A stretch of 64,000 nucleotides of DNA from Amoebidium appalachense (lineage: Eukaryota; Protista; Ichthyosporea): assembly GCA_963693365.1 (NCBI GenBank), contig CAVNZM010000003.1, positions 11,505,651-11,569,650 of the forward strand. Direction: 5' to 3'. Positions 1 through 13,233 of the stretch are shown here, in pieces (position 1 is the first letter of the stretch; each line of letters starts with the position of its first letter). The position numbers and the translations under genes were made by a program. Below the pieces are notes generated by a model, which saw only the letters and a list, made by a program, of their open reading frames with translations, did not search any database and had not been told where the DNA came from.

Positions 1-9
1 TTTTGTTGT

Positions 10-50
<41 letters not shown>

Positions 51-677
51 GGGGTCTAAAAAATAATACACATGTTTTTTGCCATGTGAATGCATGGGAG
101 GGAGAGAAGAAGGGAGACAAGGGCGGCAACAGGGGAGAGAGGGGTGAGAAAAGGTTGGGGGTGGGGGGGAGGGAGAGGGAGGGGAGGGGAAGGGGGGGGG
201 GGGGGGGGGGGGGGAATGAAAGAAAGCAACAATACGTATTGAGGTGTGGGGCTTGAAAAAAAGATTGTTAAGTAAGTAGGGAGACAAGGGAGAGGTGAGG
301 GGGACCAAATTAAAAAAAAAAAAGCGTTCAAGCATTTTCAAGGAGAGAGAGGGGAGCTGGGGGGAGGGGGGAAGGGGGGCGGGATGGCTCTCGATAGCTC
401 AGAGTTTAATTCCAATTGGTCAAAGCCATGTATTCACTTTACGACAACAATTTAAAAGAGTTTTGTTATGATGGTTTATTTGCCCATCGATATCTGCTCT
501 TTCATGATCATAATAATTCGATTGTGATATGATAACGCCAAGCCCTAAACTAACTACTGATGTCGAGCTTCATTCACCCGCCTGTCCAAATCTAGCAACT
601 GTTCTAAACACCTGTGATATGAACACATAATCCAACTATTATTTATGGACCAAAAAATAAAACTCTCAGTTGTGCCA

Positions 678-1298
678 CTACTGGCTGACGCCCAGGAGCA
701 CGTCCGGCACGATGCACTGTGTCAGGGCTGTAGTGCCGTGCGTGCTACTCGGACCACATGTGCCGGGGTAGAGTGTGCTGTTGAACCAGTTGAACGCCAG
801 CGTGAACCCGGCCGCTTTCAGGCTGGCATCGTGTGCAGCGTACATGCCCTCTGTGTACGGAGACTCACGTTGCTCGTCCACATATGTCAGGCCCCCGCTT
901 GGAAGGTACTGCGAGAGGGAAGAGGCATCCACACACTCCCCCGTGTTGTAGTTCTTGTGCATGAAGCCCACCCATGTGACTGTATCCGAGTAGGCAGGGT
1001 TTGTGCCGTTGTGTGGTGTAGGTAGGGTGGACTGGTCGTAAACGTACTTGACTGTAACATCGTGCCCGTACGGTGCATTGATGGTGGCGTAGGCAATATA
1101 ACTGCCTGTTTTGGGCGTGACTTTGAGTGTTTCTGAGGTGCTGGTAACAGGGTTGTGTACTGAAACCTCGATTGACTGCAGCGTGTAGCCCAGCGTGATG
1201 GTGCACTGCGAGATGGAGTGGCCCATGCCACACACTAGGGCCGCGCTGGTGGCAAGGAGCGCAAGGGTACATGTGATGTGGCTGTTTGAGTACATCAT
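678..1298 (-). CDS. Intronless secreted protein of unknown function, copy A (~206 aa)
   Basis: ATG at 1298 (MMYSNSHITCTLALLATSAALVCG: hydrophobic signal-peptide-like N-terminus) to TAG at 678-680. Near-identical to the + strand ORF 2457-3080. The upstream extension in the ORF track (to 1652) is promoter sequence not conserved as protein. Confidence 0.85.
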   Translation of the reverse strand: MMYSNSHITCTLALLATSAALVCGMGHSISQCTITLGYTLQSIEVSVHNPVTSTSETLKVTPKTGSYIAYATINAPYGHDVTVKYVYDQSTLPTPHNGTNPAYSDTVTWVGFMHKNYNTGECVDASSLSQYLPSGGLTYVDEQRESPYTEGMYAAHDASLKAAGFTLAFNWFNSTLYPGTCGPSSTHGTTALTQCIVPDVLLGVSQ

Positions 1299-1344
1299 TG
1301 TTGCGAATATTAATTGTGCGTAATGAAATCGAACTTCAAGATAT

Positions 1345-2400
1345 GGAGGTGGAGTCAGCTGAAAGAACGTGCACGAGTGCCTATTAGCAGAAGAAATGCA
1401 CTCTATATTTTTAAACTTTGGAAATTTTTTGTAGTATTCTCGTGGTTCATACGGTAACGGGGTTGCACTTGCTTTACTGTGCCGCGCCGAGAGTGATGCT
1501 TCAGGTGTTTTGTGACTGAAGAACTCCATCAGACACCGGGCTTTATATACTTGCTTTCCGCCATCTGTGGAATGTGGCCCCTGGGGAAACGTGCATGCCA
1601 ATCTGTTGGAAGTTTCCCGCCGCCCTACAGTCACAGCCCGTGGCTGCATCAATTATGTATCACCTTGGCGACAAACAACACCTGGTTTGATCCATTATAA
1701 GACACAAAAGAAAGAACTTGTATTTGCCTTTATTTTTGTTTTCGAAGCGTGCCCAGTGCCGGGCCATAAAGGGCGTGAGTTGTCACCGTCGCCCTCGAGC
1801 GTCAGACACAATATCGAGCCCCGACAAAACCGTCGTTTGATTGGCTTACTTGTTTGCGTCTGTGAGACTTGCGGGTGCAGGCTCCTGATAAACGTCGGTC
1901 TGGTAGAAGGACCAAACAAAGGCTGGTGAAATGTGTTCTGTTGCATTATTATACCTGGAAAGGCGTGGGTTGAGGAAGGAATAATGGGAATCCGAAAAGG
2001 ACGGGGGGAGTGGGAAGTGGGGAGTAGGGAGGGCGGGGTCAAGCAGCCGAAAGTTTTCCCGGGGCGGCGAAAAAGTTTTATTAGATTGGCATGCAAGAAA
2101 CCCCATGTTATCCATGGCCCACATTCCACAGATTGCGGTAAGCAACTTGAGCAAGTATATGAAGTCGGATGGCCGACGGAGTCTTCAGTTATCAACACTC
2201 GGTTCACATCAAGCATCACTAGTACTATTAACGCGGCAAGGCACAGTTCAATTATAAAGCAGGTGCAGCCCCGGTAATTACTATCCGAATCCCCGCAATA
2301 ATACAAACACATTCCAAAGTTCAAAAAGTTACTAATAGGCGTATTTGTTCTGCTCATACGTACAGCACTTGTGCACGTGTTCCTTCAGCTGACTCAGCTA
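1345..2400. promoter_or_regulatory. Divergent promoter region made of inverted, diverged promoter copies
   Basis: Inverted homologous blocks 1352-1380 vs 2365-2397 (gagtcagctgaa...gtgcac...gtgc) and ~1545-1626 vs ~2061-2160 (CCAAT box gccaatc/gattggc, atctgtggaatgtgg); TATATAAA on the minus strand at ~1542-1549. Confidence 0.6.
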
Positions 2401-2456
2401 CAATAGCGGTTGTTTACCACACCTCCATATTCATCACGTACTGTGTAATTGGCAAC

Positions 2457-3080
2457 ATGTACTCAAACAGCAACATCGCCTGTACCCTTGCCCTCCTTGC
2501 CACCAGCGCGGCTCTGGTGTGTGGCATGGGCCACTCCATCTCGCAGTGCACCATCACGCAGGGCTACACGCTGCAGTCAGTCGAGGTTTCAGTACACAAC
2601 CCTGTTACCAGCACCTCAGAAACACTCAAAGTCAAGCCCAAACCAGGCGGTTATGTTGCCTACGCCACCATCAATGCACCGTACGGGCACGACGTTACAG
2701 TCAAGTACGTTTACGACCAGTCCACTCTGCCTACACCACACAACGGCACAAACCCTGCCTACTCGGATACAGTCACATGGGTGGGCTTCATGCACAAGAA
2801 CTACAACACGGGGGAGTGTGTGGATGCCTCTTCCCTCTCGCAGTACCTTCCAAGCGGGGGCCTGACATATGCGGACGAGCAACGTGAGTCTCCGTACACA
2901 GAGGGCATGTACGCTGCACACGATGCCAGCCTGAAAGCGGCCGGGTTCAAGCTGGCGTTCAACTGGTTCAACAGCACACTCTACCCCGGCACGTGTGGTC
3001 CGAGTAGCACGCACGGCACTACACCCCTGACACAGTGCATCGTGCCGGACGTGATTCTGCAGCTGGGCGTCAGCCAGTAG
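2457..3080 (+). CDS. Intronless secreted protein of unknown function, copy B (207 aa)
   Basis: ATG 2457 to TAG 3080; signal-peptide-like start MYSNSNIACTLALLATSAALVCG; 4 Cys in the mature part; about 12 substitutions plus a 2-aa indel relative to copy A. Confidence 0.87.
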   Translation: MYSNSNIACTLALLATSAALVCGMGHSISQCTITQGYTLQSVEVSVHNPVTSTSETLKVKPKPGGYVAYATINAPYGHDVTVKYVYDQSTLPTPHNGTNPAYSDTVTWVGFMHKNYNTGECVDASSLSQYLPSGGLTYADEQRESPYTEGMYAAHDASLKAAGFKLAFNWFNSTLYPGTCGPSSTHGTTPLTQCIVPDVILQLGVSQ

Positions 3081-3308
3081 CGGCCACTGCTTTTGTTCTT
3101 CTTTTCATTTGCAATGCACATTAAAGTTGTAGTGGTATAGTAGAGCAAATTTAAACGATAGCCTCTGTGAGATGAAACGGAATGATACAAAATATTAAAA
3201 ACTGGTACCGCCGGCAGAAAACACTCTCAAATTGTTTGTCGACTCCGCTCAGTGGAATAAATCCATAGAGAGACCAAATGCCCTTGAGCCATTAAGCGCT
3301 ATCTGCAG

Positions 3309-3343
<35 letters not shown>

Positions 3344-3810
3344 TTCCCCTTCCCCTCCCCTCTCGAGCCCGCCCTCTCCCGCTCCTTCCCCCCTCCCCAA
3401 CCCCCCTCCCTCCCCCCCCCCCCCCCCATGGCGTCCAATGCATATTTCTCCATTCTCAATCTAACGTGAGACTGAATAAAAGTTATTCAGTTGTATCTCT
3501 CTCATGGACATCCCCACCTGGCCTCAGAGTTAGTGCGCCCTAAAGATTTGCCCGGCCCACCCACCCACCCCTCTCCCCACACCCCCCCGCACGCACGGCC
3601 CACACACACACACACAAACACACACACAAGCACACACACGCACATGCACGCACATGCACACGCATACAACCACGCACACACGCGTACGCGGGCACAAACA
3701 CCCGCACACGCGCACGCGCGCGTGGCACGCACACAAGCGCGTGGCACGCACACGCGCGCGCGCACACACACACACACATGCACACACACGTGCGTGCACA
3801 CACACACATG

Positions 3811-3883
<73 letters not shown>

Positions 3884-3884
3884 T

Positions 3885-3921
<37 letters not shown>

Positions 3922-3923
3922 TG

Positions 3924-3954
<31 letters not shown>

Positions 3955-3964
3955 CACACGCACG

Positions 3965-4003
<39 letters not shown>

Positions 4004-5412
4004 ACACACACACACATGGGCGCTTCAATGATGTACACACACTATGCACACAATATTATGCCCCGCTCCACCCAATTAACACCGTCGCACAAACTAGCAC
4101 CAAATTTTTGTCTCCTCCAGATAACACCGATTGTCATATATAAACTCGATAATGATTTACGACCCATTCAAAAGTTTCCCCATCTTTTCTATTTCACACC
4201 GACACACGAGCACATGGTCCAGTAATGGAACAATTTCCAAAAAACTCCAGCCCCAGAGCAACAATATACGTATATCACAGGCATACTACTAAGTCAATGA
4301 GACACATGGACTACTCTGTCTACACGCATGCACGAGCGTACATTAACACTGACACACAAAACAACCAAACCCCAGCTCAATGACCTGCACACCACCAGTA
4401 TGGGCAAACTATGATCATCGGCTGATTTGCATAATGCGTGCAACACATGCACACAAAACACACGCTCTCGCCGTGGCGCATACACACGTAGGTACGCCAT
4501 GTGGAGCTCATGTGCACATTGCACACACGGCACAAAACCTCCCCTCCAAGCCTCTCTCTCCCCTCCCTTCCTTCCTCCCCATTTCACCCCTTCCCCTCTC
4601 CCCCTCTCCCCTCCCGTCCCCTCCCCCCTGCATTCAACCTTTCCTCCCTTCCCTGTGGCAGTGCACGCACACACACATACATGTGCTCATAGTGCGACCA
4701 TGAATAAATTTTTTTGCCATCGTAAGCAAACTTCTTGATTGCACCCCCTCTCTCGGAGACGTTTGTGGGCATAAGGCGAAAGATTTCCGCCCGATCAAAC
4801 ACATTCTGCCAGCACCCACTTATTTGTGGTGGTGGGCCAACTTAGTAAAGTTGTTAATGATATCGGTAACAAAGGTTTTCTCAGTAGCACCATCCTTCAG
4901 CCCCCCCCCCCCCCCCCCCCCCCCCTCTCTCTCTCTCCCCCCCCCCCCCCCACCCCCTCCCCCCCCCTCAACCACCATCACCACCACCACCACCATCCCA
5001 CTCTTTTATTTCTTTTCCGCCCATCTTCTCACATTCGTTTTACCCTACTTTCCGTTCCGTTGTGCTTTTACATGTCTACAAACAATTTCTGCTCTCCCTG
5101 CCTCCCCCCTTCCCCTCCCCCCCCCCCCCCCCTCCCCCCCCAACCTCTTTTTTTCTTTCGGCCACCATCCCCACAACCCCTTTTGAAGCTTTCATTTCCA
5201 TTTGCCCCGTCTTCCTGCAGTCATGCAATAACCCCATCTGGGCAGGCTAAAATTCAACGGTTTTTCTGTCATTCAAGGGACCGAGTTCAACCAGCTGCAC
5301 ACACTGAATCTCTTTCCCTAGTAACCTCACCTGCACACACCCGCAGCCGCAGACGGACAGGCACACACTCATGCACCAGCACATGCGCCCGTGCACACAC
5401 ACACACACATAT

Positions 5413-5526
<114 letters not shown>

Positions 5527-5592
5527 TGACACACACACACACACACGCACACACACACACACACACACACATGCACACAAACACACACACGT

Positions 5593-5627
<35 letters not shown>

Positions 5628-5667
5628 GTGCACAACACTAACACACACATACACACGCACACGCACA

Positions 5668-5699
<32 letters not shown>

Positions 5700-5706
5700 C
5701 ACACCG

Positions 5707-5747
<41 letters not shown>

Positions 5748-5827
5748 ACACTGAGTGTGGTAGGTATCTTTCTTTCATTCCCTGTTCTATCTCTTTTGTT
5801 TTATAGCCTCCATCCCCCCACTTCCCC

Positions 5828-5866
<39 letters not shown>

Positions 5867-5874
5867 ACCCCCCC

Positions 5875-5905
<31 letters not shown>

Positions 5906-6530
5906 ACTTTGGAAAAAAAAAGAAAAAAAAAAATTTTAACTTACGAAAGGAACGAAGGAAGGAAGAAATGAAGGATAAATAGAGGGAAGAAAGTTAGGAA
6001 GGGAAGAAGCACGAAAAGAAAAGACGAGAAAAAGCATGGTGAAAAAGCATGGGGGGGGGGCAAACATTGCATTAAGCTTTGCATACTCCTAAGATGATTT
6101 AAATGACACGGCCCGCCCGATGTGTTCACTTTCGATGGTATGAGAGTCTCAAAAACAGAAAATACTGCTCATGAACACTTGTGGAAATGAAACTAGATTC
6201 TGGGATACAATGGGCAACAATCGCAGTGCGGAATGCAGATAGGCCCCGTACGACATATGCTACGTTAGCAAAAGGATCAGGCATCGATCATAAAGACCGA
6301 AACTGGGCCGAAGGTACGAGGGGGGAGGGGGGGGGAGGGGGGTTCCTATGGAAATCAACATTAATTCTGGCACCCACCTTGAGTTCGGACCTGTTGACAT
6401 AGGCACCCCCACCAAACAGCAATGAAATCTCGAAACTGTGATACACAAATGTTCTTCTCTTTAGTTTGGAAATTCTTGCGCACTTTAACAGCGATTATGG
6501 CTCCGTGGTCATAACGATGTTTCTTTTTTT

Positions 6531-7257
6531 TTTTTGTTGTGGGGGGGGGGGGGGGGGGTCTAAAAAATAATACACACGTTTTTTGCCATGTGAATGCATG
6601 GGAGGGAGAGAAGAAGGGAGACAAGGGCGGCAATAGAGGAGAGAGTGGTGAGAAAAGGTTGGGGATGGGGGGGAGGAGAGGGAGGGGAGGGGAAGGGGGG
6701 GGGGGGGGGGGGGGGAATGAAAGAAAGCAACAATACGTATTGAGGTGTGGGGCTTGAAACAAAGAGCGTTAAGTAAGTAGGGAGACAAGGGAGAGGTGAG
6801 GGGGACCAAATAAAAAAAGCGTTCAAGCATTTTCAAGGAGAGAGAGGGGAGCTGGGGGGAGGGGGGGGAAGGGGGGCGGGATGGCTCTCGATAGCTCAGA
6901 GTTTAATTCCAATTGGTCAAAGCCATGTATTCACTTTACGACAACAATTAAGTTTTGTTATGATGGTTCACTTGCCCATCGATATCTGGTCTTTCATGAT
7001 CATAATAATTCGATTGTGGTATGATAACGCCAAGCCCTAAACTAATTACTGATGTCGAGCTTCATTCACCCGCATGTCCAAATCTAGGAACTGTTCGAAA
7101 CACCTGTGATATGAACACATAATCCAACTCTTATTTATGGGCCAAAAAATAAAACTCTCAGATGTGCCACTACTGGCTGACGCCCAGAAGCACGTCCGGC
7201 ACGATGCACTGTGTCAGGGCTGTAGTGCCGTGCATGCTACTCGGACCACATGTGCCG
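6531..7257 (-). repeat. Segmental duplicate of window bases 1-~766, including the last ~28 codons and 3' flank of secreted gene copy A
   Basis: 6531-7257 aligns by eye almost base for base to 1-766 (e.g. gatggctctcgatagctcagagtttaattcc; ccactactggctgacgccca). It ends abruptly at tgtgccg|tacacac and carries the fragment GTCGPSSMHGTTALTQCIVPDVLLGVSQ*. Confidence 0.9.
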
Positions 7258-7327
7258 TACACACACACCTCCCCGACAGTTTGTGCCCCCCCCCCCCCCC
7301 ACACCCTCACCTGCCCTGTGCACATCC

Positions 7328-7372
<45 letters not shown>

Positions 7373-7379
7373 AAAAAAG

Positions 7380-8495
7380 GTCATGGGCACGACCGGTCGT
7401 CTCTGGCTCGAACTGCGGCAGCTCGTCTACAACCCCTGTCCCCCAAGTTGTATAATCTTTTGCGCGGACACACACTGTTTTCTTGCTGCATTCACCGCTT
7501 CCCAAACCTTCTACGCAAACCTGGGTGCATATTTCAGCTGCTCCCTTAGCAGAAGGGTACGGTCGTCAGGAGTTTCATTCAAGAATACACTGATATCGTG
7601 TGCGTTTTCAGTTGCTTGGTCTGAGGCGCAGGTGGGAAAAGCAACATCCACGCTTTGCTGTGATTGGCTGTAGGTCATGGTAGCGGGCTCCTGCGCTTTC
7701 AAAAATTTTGGAAATTCGCCATCCCCAAAGGGAGTCGTGATACTGCTTGATTTCTGGTTTCCTTCATTTGTTACCGTCTCGGATACATAGATAGGTGAGG
7801 CAGAGGAGTGACTGCTGGAGCGCACAGGCAGCGAGAAAGCAGATAAAGAACCCCGCAAGGTCGAACCAAGCCGAGAAAGAATGGTACTCCACCGGGTAGA
7901 CGGAGATGGGTGTTTCCAGTTGCCTCCCTCTTCGCGATCGTGCTTGCATCTGATATCGTAGCTGGGCTATGCTGATGCGACGGGGTTGTGTTTGTGTTTC
8001 TGTTTGTCTTGGCAGTGCTGTGGGTTTGTGCTGGCTGCAGGGTGCTGGGTGGGGACCTGGCTGCTGCTGCTTGAGCCAGAAAGAAGGAGGGGTTGGCTGG
8101 AGTTTCTGGATGGTCTGTTGGCTGGCTAGGGGGTGGTGGGCTCGGTGGAGGGGTTGGGCCCCTGCTGGTCTGCCTGGCCACTACCGTTGGTGCTGGAAGG
8201 CTGGGCAGCTGGGCTCTCTGCTTGGTCGACCGTCTGAACTTCGCTGCGAGATCTATAAATTGGGCGGATGGAATCAATTCGAAGACCGAAAGTTTGATAT
8301 TTTAATCTTATTAGTGACTGTGTGTTACGAAAATAGAAAAGAAAGAAAAAAAAAGAACCTGACACCATGACTGTGGGATCAGGCATCTCTCCATGGCGGA
8401 GACGCGGGGAGTTGAGGGGGGGGGGGGGGGGGGGGGGTGGGGGGTGAGTGGGGGGGAGGGGGGGGGGGGGGATGTCTGTGTATGCGTGTGCATGT

Positions 8496-8527
<32 letters not shown>

Positions 8528-8950
8528 GGTATCGTATCCAAAAAAAAGAACGTCTGAATGACAATGAATAAAAAAGGAACCCACATGACTGTGGGCAAGC
8601 GGTAGAACGGGAGAACAAGATAATGTTGGGGGGAAAGGGGGCCCGGGGAGTAGGGGGACTCACCGTACAATTTGTCTTCCTCCTCATTCTGTTGCACATA
8701 TAACTGCCTAAGCCTTCTCAGTGTTCTGCAAAGGTCAAGCAAACGGGTGTTTACCCACAGGTTGGTGCGCTGCTGTGCCCCTTCAACACCTGAAGTGGTC
8801 TCCAGTAAGCGCTTCCCACATTCCCTGGTCTCATCCATCTGTTCATAGACACTCGAAATCACTGCAAGTGTTCTGCGCTTTTCCTCCTCAAGCATTTTTC
8901 AGGAGCAACGAAATTTGCTCCGAGGAATAAACATGCTCTGGTTTCTCCAT
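7380..8950 (-). pseudogene. Decayed paralogue 1 of a Pro/Ser/Thr-rich gene with a helical N-terminal exon
   Basis: Exon-1-like segment (MEKPEHVYSSEQ.../LEEEKRRTLAVISS...KLY, GTGAG donor at ~8663), then RRSTKQRAQLP...AQAAAAR...QTHSTAKTN and a C-terminal AHDISVFLNETPDDRTLLL. Contains frameshifts and stops; homologous to the two copies downstream. Confidence 0.6.
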
Positions 8951-9607
8951 TTTTTGGAATCTAAAGCTCTCCAAAGATGAAGCCTGTTTCTACACAGCAA
9001 AGTGAAAACTCGTCGGCCGATTCTGAAGGAATGGTTTTTCGTTTCTCAAGCCAATGACCAGCACCCGTCCTCAAGTTGTGCTGCAACATGAAATTGGTCT
9101 GAGCGCAGGTCCTACAGGGCAAATTTCTCAAGGAAACCTGTTGCAAAGTCACAGAAATTACGTTGTAACATTGACTTTCCAACTTGCAAGGAGTTGTAAA
9201 GCTTCAAGTCAAGGTGCTCTCAATTTCAAAGGCGACATTTTGGCGCCCTTTTACCCTCTTTGACCAATCAAATCGCTGTGAAGCACGTGCATGCATGGGC
9301 GGGGCGTGGCATGTTTTGCAAGGAGGCCTCGCATGTTCAACTCGAAATGGTACAAGGTCTTTGTCACTCTACAATATTCCTACTTTTTTTATTGTTTTAT
9401 AGGAGTCCTTGACTGCATAATTACATAATAAACAATTGAAAACCACTTGTCGGATGGTATTGCCATCAAACTTGTAGACTCGACCGTGACTCGAGCCGAC
9501 TTGAAGCACGACTCGAAAGAGGTCAATTTCTAGTTCGTTTTATTTTGCCCCATCTACTGCTCATCATTTGCTGCGTACATCTCCCCCCCCCCCCCCCCCC
9601 CCTCCTC

Positions 9608-9640
<33 letters not shown>

Positions 9641-9780
9641 CCTCCCTGCTCCTCCACTTATCTGATGGTACACATTGCTTCTTTCTCTCCCTCCTCCCCC
9701 CTCCCCCCTCCCCTCTCCCCCTCCCCCTCGGCTCACGGCCGCCCCTCCCCCCTGCACACACAGAAACAACGTCCCGCGCG

Positions 9781-9863
<83 letters not shown>

Positions 9864-10260
9864 GCACACCCACACAAAACAATCCGCCAGCTTGTACAAC
9901 CGTGATGTGGGGTTACAGAGCCCATCCCAATCTCTTCCTTCCTGGCATAATGAAATGCACTCAGGGTTTGAGCATTGCTTTGAGTTACCAGTTGTTTTCT
10001 TCATCGTCTCTCGGTTTCTCGCTGCACAAAAAGGAAAAGTGATAAAGAGAGTCACAGAGGGAAAGTGGGAGCAAGGGAGGGAGGGAGAGAGGGAGGGACG
10101 GAGAGGGAGAGGATTTGCAGAGAGGGAGATGAGAGAAAGAAAGAGTGGGGAAGAGACAGCCTGGGAGGGGGGGGGGAGGGGGGGGGGGGAGCAGGAGAGA
10201 CTGAGAGAGATATGAAGGGAGAGAGGGGGAAAGAAAGAGGGGGCGGGGGGAGTGCGGGGG

Positions 10261-10295
<35 letters not shown>

Positions 10296-11030
10296 CAATG
10301 ACTGAGAAAGAGAGTGGAGGGGGGTGGGGAGGGAAAGAGAGAGATACTCCCTGATAAAGGAGTTGTGGGGTGTGGGTGGGAATGAGGAGTTTGGAACAGG
10401 GTGGAAGATACATTACCAATCCACAGTTGTACTAAGCCCCCCCCCCCCCCCCCCCCCTACGTTCCTCCGCATCCTTTCCCTTTCGTTCTGTCGCATGGGC
10501 TAGTAGACACACACCACCACACATAAATACATACACATACACACAGGGGCGCGCGCGCGGATTTAAGTTTCTCCTTTGGGCTTTTCCACGAGCATTGCTA
10601 CCACCTCTTTCCTTGCAAGGTGGAGCTGCATCGAGACTCTGAATTATATGTCATTCTTGCTCCCGTATTCGAAGCTGTGTTCACGAAAGAGTCGTTTCAA
10701 AGCATCTTTTCATTTACTTATTAGCATTCTTGAACTGCCGACCAAATACACGGAAGCAACTTATTTCACAGTCTGGCTACAACCGTAGTCTAACATGTTT
10801 ATGCGTCTAACGTAGGAATTCGAAATCTGGGTGTGAAATTTGGAATTCTCGGAATGAGAAGAAACACATACATACTACTATTAGAAAGTCAGTATCGATG
10901 ATAGATGCTACGTCATACTAGCTACCCGTCAGCGTTTCAAGCATAACAAGACCAACGATTTCAACGTTTTATGATTTGCAATAAATTGCAAGCAAAGCTA
11001 ATTAGTCAATTGTAGTGCTGAGCCTGAGAA

Positions 11031-11925
11031 TTAAAGATCGTGCACCTGTTGGTTTCCAAACCTTCTACGCAAGCCCTGGGGCTGTTGATGTTCCGTTAAC
11101 AGAAGGGTGCGGTCGTTGATAGTTTCAGTCAGCAAAATATCGACATCTTGTGCGATTTGCAGCTGAATCACTTGTTTGGAAGGAGAAGGTGTAACATCGG
11201 GGTTCTTCGAGACTTGGGCCCAAATCTTCGGTTGCGAGCAACTGTGGGTGCTGGGAGAAGAACCTGCGGACCCACCCCCAGATGGCATGGAGATTTTCTT
11301 TGATTTCTGGTTTTCTTCCGTTTCCGCTGTCTCGTACGCACAAGAAGGCGATGAAGAGGAGTAGATGCTGGGACTGCTGCTGGAAGTGTGATGCACTTGG
11401 CCTCTGCGTAGATGAGCGCACACGAAACGGCAAGGCAGGCGAAGAACCCCATGGCCAGAAGGTCAAACCAAGGCGAAAAAACAGGGTACTCCACGCGGTA
11501 GACGGAGAGAGGGGAGTGTTCGCAGTTGCATTGCCCTTCGTGCTTGCATCTGATTTCGTAGCTGGGCCATGCTGAAGCGTCGGGGTTGTGCTGGTGTTTT
11601 TGTTTGTCTTGGCAGTGCTGTGGGTTTGTGCTGGCTGCAGGGTGCTGGATGTGGGCCTGGCTGCTGCTGCTTGAGCCAGTGCGGTGTTGGGGTTGGCTGG
11701 AGTTTCTGGATGGTCTGTTGGCTGGCTAGGGGGTGGTGGGCTCGGTGGAGGGGTTTTGCACTTGCTGGTCTGCCCGGCCACTGGCTGTGGCACTTGGTTG
11801 CCCGTTCGTGCTGGGGGGCCCGGCAGCTGGGCTCTCTGCTTGGTCGACCTCCTCACCTGCTCTGCGAGAAATGGGCAAAAAGAGTAAAGGCCAACAGCTT
11901 GTTATTAAGAAAAGAAATGGAGGGG

Positions 11926-11975
<50 letters not shown>

Positions 11976-12635
11976 CTTGACATGATAGTCATGGCTCCGG
12001 ATATGTATTGGACGCTTCTCTGGTGTAAAGCCCGGGGCGCGGGGGGGTGAGGGGGGAGGCCGAGGGATAGGGGGGGGGAGGGGGGTTGGGGGAGGGAGAG
12101 GGAGTAGGGGGGTTTACGTATTCCTAGACTCCAAGCTTCGTGGCACTGACTTGGAAATCTTTAAGCTAGAAAAAACCATGCATACTATAAGGGCGCATGC
12201 AACAATGCGTAAAACAGGACGACTGTCAACTTACTGTGACAAGAGCAAAAAGCCGCGGCGGGGAGGTGGGGAGGGAGTGCGCAGGGGAAGGGGTAGAGGG
12301 GGAGGGGGGGGTGGGGGGGGGGGGGGGTTCGGAGGGGTGTCCGGGGTGGGGGGGATTGACCGTTCAGTTTGGATAGCTCCGCATTTTTTTTTGTGTATAC
12401 GCTGTTGTAGCTTCTCTCAGTGTGCGGTAAAGGCCGTGTAAATCATCTTCTGCCTTGATCATTCGTTGCTGGGCCTGTTCCCCTGAAATGGAGTTCTTAC
12501 TTTCAATGGCGTCGTCATATACTTCCGGACACTCGAAATCAAGGAGAGTACTTCGCTAATTTCCTCCTTAAGCTCGAACTTTTGCTTGCACCGAAGCTTG
12601 CTCTGAGGAATGAACAGGCTCTGTTTTCTCCGTTT
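11031..12635 (-). pseudogene. Decayed paralogue 2 of the same family
   Basis: Shares gtcttggcagtgctgtgggtttgtgctggc, ctctgcttggtcgacc and ccaaaccttctacgcaa blocks. Translates to ...SSEQASVQAK/LKEEISEVLSLISS..., RRSTKQRAQLPGP..., AQDVDILLTETINDRTLLL. The start codon reads ACG and there are several frameshifts. Confidence 0.6.
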
Positions 12636-13189
12636 TCCTCTATTGTGAACTTACAAAGTTGCTTGCTGTTACGCTATGGGCGCTATGGGCGCCCCAACGA
12701 GGAAAAGGAGGATTCTGAAGTTTGAAATGTTGCGGTCGGTCTACAGGCCAGCAACGGTCTCTGGGTTTGAGTTAAAAAATAAAAAGCTGAGGGTTTAAAA
12801 CACCCTTACAAACTTCTGACTGCAACTATGTTTCGAACTTGAACTGTATTTCCTCCACACAACCCTTTTGCTTTTATGTGCTGTGTGCTGAGGATGGCGA
12901 CTCACTGCCAGGCTCACAGCGTCAAGTTGTTTCAAGGCTTAAGCTTCCAAGTCAAATATTTGGTATTTTGGCGCGCTTTTACCCCCTTCAACCAATCATA
13001 TTGTTGTGAATCACGTGCAAGCACTTTCCATGCATGGGCCAAACCACGAAGTTTTCGAGCAGTGGAGTGGACACGTTCCTCCCCAAAAACAATCATTAAT
13101 GGTTGAAGTTTTCACATGAATAAGCAAGAAAAAAACTTCCTTGCGTGACTGGCAGCACCTTTGCGTGCGCTATTTTCCTACTTTTCCTA

Positions 13190-13233
<44 letters not shown>

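Noticed and set aside
1299-1652. N-terminal extension of the 324-aa ORF 678-1652
   Set aside because: The paralogue starts at the equivalent of 1295/1298 with a signal peptide, and the extension covers TATA/CCAAT sequence.
1695-2357. 220-aa minus-strand ORF between the secreted gene pair
   Set aside because: It overlaps the inverted promoter blocks and has no recognisable motif; most likely incidental.
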